From a virus: a stretch of DNA of 64,000 nucleotides. Positions 1 through 9,691 of the stretch are shown piece by piece. Positions within the stretch are counted from its first letter, which is position 1. Each line of letters opens with the position of its first letter. The stretch is taken from the IMG/VR virus record IMGVR_UViG_3300009503_000022, positions 1 to 64,000 of that record, one strand, 5' to 3'. The notes under the pieces are model-generated. The model was not told the DNA's origin, searched no databases, and saw only the letters and a program-made list of their open reading frames with translations. Both the position numbers and the translations under genes were made by a program.

Positions 1-1399
1 TAGCATCACCCCATATTTTAGATTTATCTCCTCTTACTCCTCCATCATGCATCAATCTTCTTTCTTGTGATTTTATTCTTAATGAAGATTTTAAGCTTGC
101 TATTCTTTTTAACCTATCAGGATGTTCTTTTAATAAATCTTCAATATTACCTTCTAAATCTGTTACATCTCCTGCTATATTTGTTACATCACCTCTTATA
201 TTAGATACATCTCCGTCTATATTAGAAACATCTCCTTCTATATTAGAAACATAACCTTCTATATTTGATACATCTCCTTCTATATTTGATACATCTCCGT
301 CTATATTAGAAACAAAACCTTTTATATTAGATACATATCCTTCTATATTAGATACATCTCCTTCTATATCAGAAACATCTCCAGTTATATTAGAAACATT
401 TCCTTTTATATTAGATACATATCCTTTTATATTAGATACATCTCCTTCTATATCAGAAACATCTCCTCTTATAGACGGAATACGATTTTCTATTTGTGAA
501 ACATCACCTTTTATATTAGATACATCTCCTCTTAGATATGAAACATCTCCTTTTATATTTGAAGCATCTCCATATATACCCTTAGCATCTCCCCATATAT
601 TAGACTTATCTCCTGTTACATTTTCATCATTAATTAATTCTTCCCGTGCTTTTCTATTTAACGAAGATTTTAACCAATACATATTTTTATACCTCCTTAA
701 ATTTGCTTCTACTTTTTGCTCAGATATTTCTTGAATAATTTCATTCAATTCTTCTTCAAAACGCACAAACATTCTTGGTAATCCCTTAAGCCAATCAACT
801 ATCCCTTTAAATACAGATTTAATTTTATCTATTAACGAAGCAGTAATTAATTTATATTTTGATTCCTTTATATGTTTTGGTGCTTCTATTAACAAAAGCT
901 CTTTCACCATTTCTTCTTTTTTTCCTAATTGAGCTTCGCTCCTACGCAAAAATTCCTCCGCCTCCTTACCATATCTCTCTAACAATTTTTTTAACTTTTC
1001 CCCAGTAGTATATTTAATAGGTACTTGCTCAACTAAATCTAAAATAGTTAATATCTTATCTTCTACTAACATCGCATGAGGTTCTACTGACTTAAGATAA
1101 TTAAATAATTCCTCTACTGCTTTATCTACTGCTTCTTGCTCAGCTTTATACCCTGCTTTTTCCAACTCAACTCTTTTTAATTCTTCTGCTGCCATCTCTA
1201 TCTTTTTTATATTATCCATTCCTTTTCTAATCTTATCTAATAACATTTTAGCAGTATCTGTAATTACAGGTATATTAGAAGGATATTCTATTTTGGGAGG
1301 TTTTTTTAATAACTCTCGATATTTAGGTTTAACCTTTTCTTGAGATTGTTTTTGAAGTTCAATTTTCTTTAAACCTTCAAATGCTTTAGTTAACCACAT
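1..1399 (-). CDS. Partial ORF missed by the ORF track (no stop before the window edge): helical N-terminal domain followed by GDVSNIE heptad-repeat modules; probable virion protein
   Basis: Translated by hand from ATG at 1399 (SD GGAGG upstream): MWLTKAFEG... open to position 2; in-frame internal AAGGAGG+ATG at 682 (MYWLKSSL...). Confidence 0.8.
   Translation of the reverse strand, partial: MWLTKAFEGLKKIELQKQSQEKVKPKYRELLKKPPKIEYPSNIPVITDTAKMLLDKIRKGMDNIKKIEMAAEELKRVELEKAGYKAEQEAVDKAVEELFNYLKSVEPHAMLVEDKILTILDLVEQVPIKYTTGEKLKKLLERYGKEAEEFLRRSEAQLGKKEEMVKELLLIEAPKHIKESKYKLITASLIDKIKSVFKGIVDWLKGLPRMFVRFEEELNEIIQEISEQKVEANLRRYKNMYWLKSSLNRKAREELINDENVTGDKSNIWGDAKGIYGDASNIKGDVSYLRGDVSNIKGDVSQIENRIPSIRGDVSDIEGDVSNIKGYVSNIKGNVSNITGDVSDIEGDVSNIEGYVSNIKGFVSNIDGDVSNIEGDVSNIEGYVSNIEGDVSNIDGDVSNIRGDVTNIAGDVTDLEGNIEDLLKEHPDRLKRIASLKSSLRIKSQERRLMHDGGVRGDKSKIWGDA
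140..620 (-). repeat. About 20 imperfect 21-bp coding repeats (G-D-V-S-N-I-x)
   Basis: Recurrent ATATTAGA(T/A)ACATCTCC(T/G)TCT units on the + strand. Confidence 0.9.
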
Positions 1400-1523
1400 C
1401 TATTCCTCCTTGCTTCGTCTATTTTCTATAATTTTTTAATTACTATTAGTTATTTTTACTTTTAGTTTAATATCCCAAATATTTACAATTTTTTATCCAA
1501 TCTATATCTTTTCTTCTTTTTAA

Positions 1524-1871
1524 TTAAATTATTTCATCTCTACGAAGTCTTAAAAATTCTGCTCCTTTTTCTATATCTTCAAATGAATCAGGTAACAAAT
1601 TCTCATCGAATATTATCTTTTTCAAAGCTTCTAATTGATAAAAATCCTTAATCTTTTCAACATATCCTAAAACTTCTTTTCTTCTTTCATCTGTAAATAA
1701 AGGTTTAATTCCCTGAGAAATCGCTGTTTTTCTTTCCCAATCTATCATTGCATCTAAACACTTTACAAAATGACGTTTCATCAATTCTAAGCGTTTTTCA
1801 GGAATATTACTATAAATAAAATCAAAATCAGAATATAAAAACAAAGGTTTTGTCATTACAATACCCCTCAT
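1524..1871 (-). CDS. hypothetical protein
   Basis: ORF on the gene-dense strand; no recognised motif. Confidence 0.6.
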   Translation of the reverse strand: MRGIVMTKPLFLYSDFDFIYSNIPEKRLELMKRHFVKCLDAMIDWERKTAISQGIKPLFTDERRKEVLGYVEKIKDFYQLEALKKIIFDENLLPDSFEDIEKGAEFLRLRRDEII

Positions 1872-1990
1872 ATATATAAGCTAGAATATAACCGATCTGC
1901 GTCATTTTAATCAATAAAAATCGTAAAAATAATATAATCTGCAATACCAAAAATAATTTTATTAATTTATTAATATAGGTCATAAATCTA

Positions 1991-2293
1991 TCAATTCTCC
2001 TTATATAAATCTTTTAATTTATCTGAACAAATTTTAAAATATTCAATAAATTTCGCCTGATTTGAACTTTTTACCATTAAAGATTTTAATTCCTCGATAA
2101 TATATTCAAAAAATTCTATAAATTCAGAAATCCTAAAATTTATATTAGTATTAGAACTAAACAAACAAAACATCGTTAAATAATAAATTATTTTTTTTAC
2201 ATCTTGCACTTCTTTTTGACTTATCGGTTTATCAAAATTATTATCCTTCTTTTTCGACTTATTCTGCTTAACAACCTTTTTCATTTTTTTCAT
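1991..2293 (-). CDS. hypothetical protein
   Basis: ORF with GGAGG SD. Confidence 0.6.
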   Translation of the reverse strand: MKKMKKVVKQNKSKKKDNNFDKPISQKEVQDVKKIIYYLTMFCLFSSNTNINFRISEFIEFFEYIIEELKSLMVKSSNQAKFIEYFKICSDKLKDLYKEN

Positions 2294-2564
2294 ATATATT
2301 TCCTCCCTAATGTTTATATCTACTATTTATCATTTCTAAAAATATAATAAATATAACTATAATTATAATGATTAAAGTTATAAACATTTTATTCATTCCT
2401 ATCACCTCTTTATCTTATCTTTATTCTTTTATATTTTTTTAAACATTTTTCACACAATCCTGCTGTTATTTTCCAATCTAATATATTCCTAATTAAACCC
2501 CCTAATCCTTCCTTTACATATAATTTTAATCCTAAAAATTTATTACATTTACTACATTTACGAA

Positions 2565-2747
2565 TTAACATTTTTTATCCTCCTTTTTATTTTTTTCTAA
2601 TATCTCTTCTCTTATCAATTTTGATAATGCTAATAAATCATCTATTAGTTTATAAATGTTATCACATATTCTATTTAACACTTCTATTTGTTCCTCTCTA
2701 CATCTATCTATTTCATCTACCACTCTTACAATTTTATCTGTTTTCAT
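2565..2747 (-). CDS. hypothetical coiled-coil protein
   Basis: ORF with SD-like GGAAGGTG. Confidence 0.55.
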   Translation of the reverse strand: MKTDKIVRVVDEIDRCREEQIEVLNRICDNIYKLIDDLLALSKLIREEILEKNKKEDKKC

Positions 2748-2780
2748 TTTTTCACCTTCCTTATTATTAAACTACCATTC

Positions 2781-3230
2781 TTATATTTTCCTTTTTATTA
2801 ACTTTCCTAAATATTCTATTGCATCATCATAATCTTCAAATACAACATCTGCTGCTTCTAACACAAATGCGTGTCTATGTATATTATCTTTCTCCATTAC
2901 AACAATTGTATGCTTATTTAAAATCTGCGCCCAAGCCAATTCCATTACACATCCTATAGAAATTGTTTTAGTTCCTAATAAATTTAAAAAAAGAATATCG
3001 CAATTCATAACCATCCATTTATCGCGTTCTGAAATAGCGTGATTTGTCGATACTGGATCGCCAAAACCTTCAGCTTTAAATTTCACTTCATTTCTCATAT
3101 AACCTTTTTCTACTATTGGATGAAAAACTTCATAACCAAAATCACTTAATCTTTCAACAACTTCATCATAATATTTTATTATTTCTTCTGCTTGTAATCC
3201 ACATATTGGATGAGCACAATATATTTTCAT
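2781..3230 (-). CDS. nucleoside 2-deoxyribosyltransferase / dNMP N-glycosidase-like protein
   Basis: KIYCAHPI start, RDKWMVMNCDILF, SIGCVMELAWA (catalytic Glu motif). Confidence 0.8.
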   Translation of the reverse strand: MKIYCAHPICGLQAEEIIKYYDEVVERLSDFGYEVFHPIVEKGYMRNEVKFKAEGFGDPVSTNHAISERDKWMVMNCDILFLNLLGTKTISIGCVMELAWAQILNKHTIVVMEKDNIHRHAFVLEAADVVFEDYDDAIEYLGKLIKRKI

Positions 3231-3244
3231 TTTTCATCACCTCA

Positions 3245-3469
3245 CTATTTTAAAAATTTATCAAAAAATTTCTTAGCTTCTTTTTTATCATAACTTTTTA
3301 ATCTTAAATAAGCTTTTTGCAAACAATTTCTACAAATACTTTCTATACAACTATAAAAATTAGGTGTACTAATAGTTTTTATAAATCTTCCACATTTTTT
3401 ACAATACATAATATTCATCGCACAACTATTTATAAAATCTAAATATTTCTTACTAGTTAAGTTTTTTAT
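3245..3469 (-). CDS. small CxxC...CxxC zinc-binding protein missed by the track (ATA start at 3469 or ATG at 3418)
   Basis: Manual translation ...MNIMYCKKCGRF...ICRNCLQK...; GGAGG 6 nt before the in-frame ATA. Confidence 0.5.
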   Translation of the reverse strand: MKNLTSKKYLDFINSCAMNIMYCKKCGRFIKTISTPNFYSCIESICRNCLQKAYLRLKSYDKKEAKKFFDKFLK

Positions 3470-3777
3470 TTTATGCCTCCATTTTTATACATTTTAATCA
3501 CATCTAATTCTACAATTTTTCCATCTTTATACACGTCTATAGATACTTCATATTCGTGATGCTTACTATAATATTCACATAAACCTTCTCTAACTAAATA
3601 TAATAAAGTTCTCAATTTCTCAGCCCAATCTTTATCCCCAGGTTGAGTATTATCATTTAAAACAACTGCTTCTTGACAAAGACCATAGTCTGTTTGATAT
3701 TGAACTATCCAACCATTATCAATTTTTCCTATTAAAACCATCGGTTCTATTTGTATTTTCTTTTTCATCTTTATCAC
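3466..3777 (-). CDS. hypothetical protein
   Basis: ORF with GAGGTG SD. Confidence 0.6.
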   Translation of the reverse strand: MIKMKKKIQIEPMVLIGKIDNGWIVQYQTDYGLCQEAVVLNDNTQPGDKDWAEKLRTLLYLVREGLCEYYSKHHEYEVSIDVYKDGKIVELDVIKMYKNGGIK

Positions 3778-3863
3778 CTCTCTTCTCTTTCTAAAGACAT
3801 TTGCATCAACTTAAATAATTTTCCGTAATGGCATAACAATATAATAACCACCACAATTTATTT

Positions 3864-4154
3864 CTATTTCCCTTTCTTCATCTTAAATGGTAATACTTTT
3901 TCTATATTCTTCCTAACGTCGTCTATTGCTTTATTGTAACCAAAGACATAATCTTTACCAAACCACTTTTCTTTGAATGCATTCCAGGATTTTTCAAAAC
4001 TCTCTTCTGTTATATCACCACTTTTCCACCATTCCAAATCGTGTAACACATTCGACAAATCATTTATAAGTTCATCAAGTTCTTTATATTTTGCATCTAT
4101 GCGACCACAATAAATTTCTGATTTTAAAACATTCATAATTAAAACTTCCTCCAC
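3864..4154 (-). CDS. hypothetical phage protein
   Basis: ORF; LHDLEWWKSGD stretch. Confidence 0.6.
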   Translation of the reverse strand: MEEVLIMNVLKSEIYCGRIDAKYKELDELINDLSNVLHDLEWWKSGDITEESFEKSWNAFKEKWFGKDYVFGYNKAIDDVRKNIEKVLPFKMKKGK

Positions 4155-4544
4155 TCATTGCCATCCCTCCTTTACCTTTATTTTCTTACCTTTTCCTTCC
4201 TCGTCTTCTTTTATTTTTATCCTTTGGTTTTTTTGCTCTATTCTATTACTCTGCATAGTTTTTAAAACTTTTATCAAATTTTCTAATTCGATATCATCTA
4301 CTTTTCCACTCATCCATATAGGCATTTTGTTAGTTTGTATTTTAATAATAATTTCTTTTTCTTTTATATTCATTTTTTCACTCTCCCTTTTTAAAATTTC
4401 AATTGCCAATTGTATGTCTTTTAATTCTTCCTTAACTATCTGATAAAATTTCCAAACATAAGATTGTTTTTCTTCGCTTCGGTAGTTATCTAACCAATTT
4501 AATCTTTTTAAGCGTTCAAATTCAAGTATTTCTAATGTTTTCAT
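4155..4544 (-). CDS. hypothetical protein
   Basis: ORF coupled to its neighbours. Confidence 0.55.
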   Translation of the reverse strand: MKTLEILEFERLKRLNWLDNYRSEEKQSYVWKFYQIVKEELKDIQLAIEILKRESEKMNIKEKEIIIKIQTNKMPIWMSGKVDDIELENLIKVLKTMQSNRIEQKNQRIKIKEDEEGKGKKIKVKEGWQ

Positions 4545-4828
4545 TTTTCGCCTCGCTTTTTTAAAAACTTTGCAATACTATCAAAACAACTTCTATTTCC
4601 CGGTATCGCTTTTTCACAAATATAATGCTCCATTATCTTTATCGCTTTTTCTCTATCTATCTCATTTAATAACTTTGATATAACTTCCCACATTATACTA
4701 TTACACTCTCCCGACTTCCCAACTTTTATAAATAATCCTTCTTTACTATCTATAATAATAAGTTTAAGTCCACAACCTGCTTTATAATGATGGGTATATT
4801 CTTTATAATGATGGGTATATTCGCTCAT
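4541..4828 (-). CDS. stand-alone TSCPD-like domain (as at the C-terminus of class II RNR / NrdJb)
   Basis: AGCG...LFIKVGKSGEC...EVISKLL...SCFDSIAKFL resembles TGCG..GKSGGC..EAIGRLIS..SCPDAIAKAL. Confidence 0.55.
   Translation of the reverse strand: MSEYTHHYKEYTHHYKAGCGLKLIIIDSKEGLFIKVGKSGECNSIMWEVISKLLNEIDREKAIKIMEHYICEKAIPGNRSCFDSIAKFLKKRGEK
4781..4822. repeat. perfect 21-bp tandem duplication (EYTHHYK x2)
   Basis: TTTATAATGATGGGTATATTC twice. Confidence 0.9.
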
Positions 4829-5072
4829 ACTTGCCTCCCTCTATAAACTTAACAAATTTTTTATTCCATTTTCTCTCTATTTTCTTGCACTCTTTTAATC
4901 TTCCATTTCTTAGAAATTTACCATATTTTATACAATAAAAAGGAGTAGCATCAGGAGATAATTCTCCTAAATTAACAAATGATTTACAATCTATCACCTT
5001 TCCACTTTTATTTATTCCAATACAATCTTTCATAAATACCTCCTCATATACTTCTTTTTGGATTCCTTGCAT
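4803..5072 (-). CDS. hypothetical Cys-containing protein (true start probably MKDC at 5033)
   Basis: ORF; GGAGG SD before the internal Met. Confidence 0.55.
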   Translation of the reverse strand: MQGIQKEVYEEVFMKDCIGINKSGKVIDCKSFVNLGELSPDATPFYCIKYGKFLRNGRLKECKKIERKWNKKFVKFIEGGKYERIYPSL

Positions 5073-5676
5073 ATTTCCATATTTTCTTATACAACGCTCT
5101 TAATGAATAAACATCTTCAACATTATGTTGCAAAATATATTTTATCGCTTTTTTAATTCTACTTTTATTACAACTAATCATCTCACTCCAAATCGTAGGA
5201 TCTAACTTATGCTTTTTAGCGGGTATATTAAATAGTTTACAAGCTGCCTCCAACCTATTACTATGAAGTCTAAACTTTGCTTTAAGAATATTATAAGTAT
5301 CTGTAATATAGTGAAATCCATACTCAGGAAAATGTATTCCCCATTTTACACATCTAGTTCTTAAAAATGGTATATCAAACTTCCCATCACTTCCATATTG
5401 AACTATAATTCTATCAAACTTTTTAATATCCTTAACAAATTGTTGCAATAACCTCTTATCCTGATAACCTTTAGTCAAATCTTCTACTGTTACATGCCTT
5501 TTAATAATCTTATCATTATCTAAAGGTAATATACAATACGTATAAACAATGCCAAAATCAGCATGAATATTACTAGATTCAATATCCAAAAATCCAATTT
5601 TTTCTTCCTCAGATCGTAACCTATTTATAATTCTTTGATAATATCGTATTTTCTGACGATTATCCATCTTATCCAT
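5044..5676 (-). CDS. RNase H-like 3'-5' exonuclease (YprB/RNase_H_2, DnaQ-like)
   Basis: FLDIES, KFDIPFLRTR, SNRLE, HNVEDV motifs. Confidence 0.8.
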   Translation of the reverse strand: MDKMDNRQKIRYYQRIINRLRSEEEKIGFLDIESSNIHADFGIVYTYCILPLDNDKIIKRHVTVEDLTKGYQDKRLLQQFVKDIKKFDRIIVQYGSDGKFDIPFLRTRCVKWGIHFPEYGFHYITDTYNILKAKFRLHSNRLEAACKLFNIPAKKHKLDPTIWSEMISCNKSRIKKAIKYILQHNVEDVYSLRALYKKIWKYARNPKRSI

Positions 5677-5925
5677 TTATTTCCCTCCCTTATACAAACA
5701 TTTGTTCTTTCTATAAAATTGCTCTCTTTCTATCTCAGCCTTTGCAAATGCAATCGCAGAATTTATTGAACTAACACTCTTATTTGGTGGAAAACAATAA
5801 TAAATCTCTCTTCTAGTTAACCCTTTCTTTAAAAGCATTTTTATTACTTCTTTATCATTTTGTTTTTTATTTGCTACTTCATCCAAATATTTCTTAATTA
5901 AATTTTTATTTATTTTAACATTCAT
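5677..5925 (-). CDS. small HTH-like protein, paralog of 6693..6983
   Basis: Shared GL(T/S)RREIYYCFPP...SINS.IA.AKAEIERE. Confidence 0.7.
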   Translation of the reverse strand: MNVKINKNLIKKYLDEVANKKQNDKEVIKMLLKKGLTRREIYYCFPPNKSVSSINSAIAFAKAEIEREQFYRKNKCLYKGGK

Positions 5926-5926
5926 T

Positions 5927-6670
5927 CTAATTTCCTTTTTTCATTATAAATATATTATCTCCCGGAAATTTCCACAACCCATTTTTAAGCATTCTATAAT
6001 ACTGCAAATTACTTTCATTTTTATGTCCTTCTTTTGTTTCTCCATAATCCTTAGTTATTATACCTTTACATTTATAACCATATTTTCTTATAATTTCCAT
6101 ACAATGAAAACCTAAAGGTATATGTTCATTTTTATAATAAATATGACCACAAACTAATATTAAAAATCTTTCATTATCTAAATAATTAGTAACATTTGCT
6201 ACAACTTTCTCAAACTCTATTAAAAATTCTTGCAATTCTGAAATATTACTTAAATCTTCCTTTTTATCTGTAAATTTTATTATATTAAAATACGGCGGGT
6301 GCATAAAAACTAATTGAACATTTTGTTTTGGATCAAAACTTCTTGAATCGGCTATAATAATATCATTTCTTTTTGAATAAATATCGTTAGCAATCACTTT
6401 TCTATTTAATTTTTTACAAACATCAATAGTTGTTCCACTTCCTGCAAAACAATCCCAAACAGTTTCGCCCTTTTTTGTATACCTTAACACCATCTGGTAT
6501 ACTATTTCAGGAATAAAAATTCCATGAAATTCTTTGCTTTTTATATCATTAAATATATCTCTTTTAGGTATTTTCCACTTATCAGAACTATTAGATATCC
6601 ATATAGCATCTGTAGTTATATCATTCTTGTATTTTCTCCAATTTTTCAAATCTAAATCATTATATATCAT
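5927..6670 (-). CDS. amino (N6A/N4C) DNA methyltransferase
   Basis: DCFAGSGTT SAM motif followed by HPPY catalytic motif. Confidence 0.8.
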   Translation of the reverse strand: MIYNDLDLKNWRKYKNDITTDAIWISNSSDKWKIPKRDIFNDIKSKEFHGIFIPEIVYQMVLRYTKKGETVWDCFAGSGTTIDVCKKLNRKVIANDIYSKRNDIIIADSRSFDPKQNVQLVFMHPPYFNIIKFTDKKEDLSNISELQEFLIEFEKVVANVTNYLDNERFLILVCGHIYYKNEHIPLGFHCMEIIRKYGYKCKGIITKDYGETKEGHKNESNLQYYRMLKNGLWKFPGDNIFIMKKGN

Positions 6671-6692
6671 TTTAAAATATCCTTTAATAACT

Positions 6693-6983
6693 CTATTTAT
6701 TTTTTCTTCCCATATATAAATGTTTATTCTTTTTATAAAAATTCTCCCTCTCTATTTCCGCCTTAGCTTGAGCGATAGAACTATTTATAGAATTAATACT
6801 CTTACTTGGCGGAAAACAATAATAAATTTCTCTTCTTGACAATCCTTTCTCTAAAAGCATTTTTATTATATCCTTATCTTTTTGTTTTTTCTTTGTTAAC
6901 TCCAATTCCTTTAAATATTTTTCTATCAATTTTGTATTTACTTTAACATTCATTTTAACCCTCCTTTTTTTAAATTCTTTCAT
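6693..6983 (-). CDS. small HTH-like protein, paralog of 5677..5925 (likely start MNVK at 6953)
   Basis: High similarity to 5677..5925; AAGGAGG before the internal Met. Confidence 0.7.
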   Translation of the reverse strand: MKEFKKRRVKMNVKVNTKLIEKYLKELELTKKKQKDKDIIKMLLEKGLSRREIYYCFPPSKSINSINSSIAQAKAEIERENFYKKNKHLYMGRKNK

Positions 6984-7248
6984 TACCTATTTTTATTTTT
7001 TCATTACTTTTTTATTACTATAATTTCTTAGCAATAATATCATTTTTATGCTTAATCTTTACTTCATCTATTTTATTTCATATAACTTTAATAAAATATC
7101 AAATTCTTTCCCTTTAATTTTACATAAAAAAAACTAATAAAATTAATATAATTATAAATAATACCAATATCTTAACAATTTGAATAAATCTTTCAGCTTC
7201 TAAATCTTGCTTCCTTTTTCTCTTTCTTTTTACCTTTTTAAATTCCAT

Positions 7249-7488
7249 CTATTCCTCCTTTAATTTTCTAATACAAATTACTGCAATAGTATTTTCATCT
7301 ATATAAAACTCCCCAATCTCTGCTTCACATAAAGAATATTTACAATCAAATTCATTACAAGAAAATGTTATCCCAAATTCTTTAAAAATCGGATTATCAA
7401 CAATTATTTTACCACATTTATCAAAACAATATTTATTAATTAATCCTTGTTGAGACTGATCTAAAGTAAATACTACAATCTTATTCAT
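7249..7488 (-). CDS. hypothetical protein
   Basis: ORF. Confidence 0.55.
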   Translation of the reverse strand: MNKIVVFTLDQSQQGLINKYCFDKCGKIIVDNPIFKEFGITFSCNEFDCKYSLCEAEIGEFYIDENTIAVICIRKLKEE

Positions 7489-7688
7489 CTAAATATCCTT
7501 TTACTTTATTATTTATATTTACTGCCTTAGTATATTTTATATCACAATCTTTACAACAATATATAAAATATTCCTCATATAAATCTATTTGTTTCTTTTC
7601 AATTAAATACAATCTATCACTATTACAATTAGGACATTTAACTTTATTCATATTTCTCCTTTAAATACATTTTTTACAACCAAAGCAG

Positions 7689-7931
7689 TTATATCTGCTT
7701 CGTTTCTGAATCGTTATCCCTATTATTATTATATTCTAAACCATCAGCTTTTTTTAACACGATCTGCTCGTATTTCTCTTTTATATGATATTCATTAAAA
7801 TCTAAACTATATTTAACCTTACATTCGTCACAAAAATTAACATCGATATTAAAAAATACTACTAATTTATATAAAGGAAATTCTCTATTACAAAAACTAC
7901 ATCTATCTATTTTATCAGCATCTAATATCAT
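7689..7931 (-). CDS. small zinc-finger-like protein
   Basis: CSFC...CDEC. Confidence 0.55.
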   Translation of the reverse strand: MILDADKIDRCSFCNREFPLYKLVVFFNIDVNFCDECKVKYSLDFNEYHIKEKYEQIVLKKADGLEYNNNRDNDSETKQI

Positions 7932-8180
7932 TTATTCCTCTCTTTTTATATAATCTATTATCCTAAAACCAAATAATGTTATAGCTAATCTAGATATCTT
8001 TTCGTTCTTCTCTTTAAACCTATACATACTATATAAATTAAACATTCTAAATACAGTAGACCATTCAATTATCTTTAAATTAAACCCTTTACCTCTACGA
8101 ATATATATAATACCAAATACAAGAAACCCTTTCAAAAACCCAATCGTTTCTTTACATATTTGAAATGTAAAATACTTCAT
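7932..8180 (-). CDS. hypothetical protein
   Basis: ORF with GGAG SD. Confidence 0.5.
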   Translation of the reverse strand: MKYFTFQICKETIGFLKGFLVFGIIYIRRGKGFNLKIIEWSTVFRMFNLYSMYRFKEKNEKISRLAITLFGFRIIDYIKREE

Positions 8181-8198
8181 ATTATCATCTCCATTTTT

Positions 8199-8561
8199 TT
8201 AATTCATATTTAATTTACTTTCTTCCTTTCTAACTGCTTCTTGAATCATCTTTATTGCCTCAATACATTGCTCTTTAGTTATCTCCTTATATTTTTTATT
8301 ACATTTAATATGCTCATAAATTTGTTCTGCATCGCATTCGTATGGCAAATTAGTATTCCAATTATCTTCTATTGCAAATCCAATCCCTATTGTAAAAAAT
8401 TTAGGGAAACCAATTATTGCTTGATCTTTAAAAAGCTTAACCCTATACTTCCAATAATCTTGATCAATCGGAGGAGTCGACAAACAAATCTTATTACCTA
8501 ATTTTGTAACTGAAGTTTTATCGTCTATATTATTATTTACTTCTAAAACTAATTTTTTCAT
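8199..8561 (-). CDS. hypothetical phage protein
   Basis: ORF with AGGAGGTGG SD. Confidence 0.65.
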   Translation of the reverse strand: MKKLVLEVNNNIDDKTSVTKLGNKICLSTPPIDQDYWKYRVKLFKDQAIIGFPKFFTIGIGFAIEDNWNTNLPYECDAEQIYEHIKCNKKYKEITKEQCIEAIKMIQEAVRKEESKLNMN

Positions 8562-8575
8562 AATTAACCACCTCC

Positions 8576-8866
8576 TTATACTTTATAATGAACTACTTTC
8601 TTCGTTTTATATGCAAGAATTCTTTCTCTACAATCTAAACAATTACCTAACCAACCAATATATTTTATTTTACTAATTCCAAAACCATTTTTATTGCTAA
8701 CTTGAGATAAATCTCCAAAGCCAACAGGTATTTCATATTTTACTTTACCATCATACATTATTTCTCCACCGCATTTACATCTTTCATTCCCATCTTTATA
8801 TTTTATTACTTGTTTTATTTTCATATTATCGCCTTCTTTTTTATTTTTTTTATTTTCTTTTTCCAT
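8576..8866 (-). CDS. small zinc-ribbon-like protein
   Basis: CKCGG...CLDC. Confidence 0.55.
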   Translation of the reverse strand: MEKENKKNKKEGDNMKIKQVIKYKDGNERCKCGGEIMYDGKVKYEIPVGFGDLSQVSNKNGFGISKIKYIGWLGNCLDCRERILAYKTKKVVHYKV

Positions 8867-8883
8867 TTTTCCCTTCCATTATT

Positions 8884-8913
8884 ATTATAACAAAATCTCT
8901 TCAGAAATTAATA
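8884..8913 (-). promoter_or_regulatory. class A promoter TATTAATTT-N10-TTTGTTATAAT (extended -10)
   Basis: Same motif and spacing at 10013-10042 and 37819-37848; contains TGnTATAAT. Confidence 0.75.
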
Positions 8914-8918
8914 GTTAT

Positions 8919-9539
8919 CTATTTTGCATTTTCTTTTATATCTTTAACTACTGCTAAATTTTCTATTTGAAAACTCTTACCTAATACACAACGATTTTTT
9001 ATATCTTCTACATCTTCTCTATAATTCCAAATCTTAGCTTCAATTTTATCATAAGTCCAATATATTGCACGACTTGTAATCTTTTTACAATATACTTTAG
9101 TACCTTCATATAATTTACATAAAACAAATTTATCCTTAGGAAATTCACTTTTTAAAGCTTTTTTTAACAATTCTATAAATTCATCTTGTTTTTCTTGCTT
9201 ATTCTTTTCAGCTTCACTAAAATTAATCCTCCAATTAAACTTTCGATATTCAGGTAAATGTAATAAAATTATAAGAGCCTTAATATATTTATTTACCCCA
9301 CCACCATTTTGAAAATTACCAGACTCATATTCTTTTAATATCTCTATATCTAATGCTTCTTGTCCTTTTTCTTGAAATATTGAAGTTAAATAAGATATTT
9401 CTTTTTCCGTAAAAATTTTCGGATAAATATTACTTTCACTTGATTTAAGCCATACTTTACCATCTCTTATTTTAATACTTTTTACAATTTCATAACTCAT
9501 TCCTATTACCTTCTTTTTTATTTTTCTTATATAATTCAT
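8919..9539 (-). CDS. hypothetical protein (likely start MSYEI)
   Basis: ORF. Confidence 0.65.
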   Translation of the reverse strand: MNYIRKIKKKVIGMSYEIVKSIKIRDGKVWLKSSESNIYPKIFTEKEISYLTSIFQEKGQEALDIEILKEYESGNFQNGGGVNKYIKALIILLHLPEYRKFNWRINFSEAEKNKQEKQDEFIELLKKALKSEFPKDKFVLCKLYEGTKVYCKKITSRAIYWTYDKIEAKIWNYREDVEDIKNRCVLGKSFQIENLAVVKDIKENAK

Positions 9540-9678
9540 ACTTTTCTTTAGCTAAATTCAATGCATCAACTGGATTATTCGAATTTCCTTCCCTAGCCCA
9601 CTCTAACTCTTCCTTTGATACATTTTCTAAATTACCATCGTACTTTAATAATAAATAATAATAATCTATCCAATCCAT
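9490..9678 (-). CDS. hypothetical protein
   Basis: ORF with GGGAGG SD. Confidence 0.55.
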   Translation of the reverse strand: MDWIDYYYLLLKYDGNLENVSKEELEWAREGNSNNPVDALNLAKEKYELYKKNKKEGNRNEL

Positions 9679-9691
9679 ATTGCCTCCCTTT

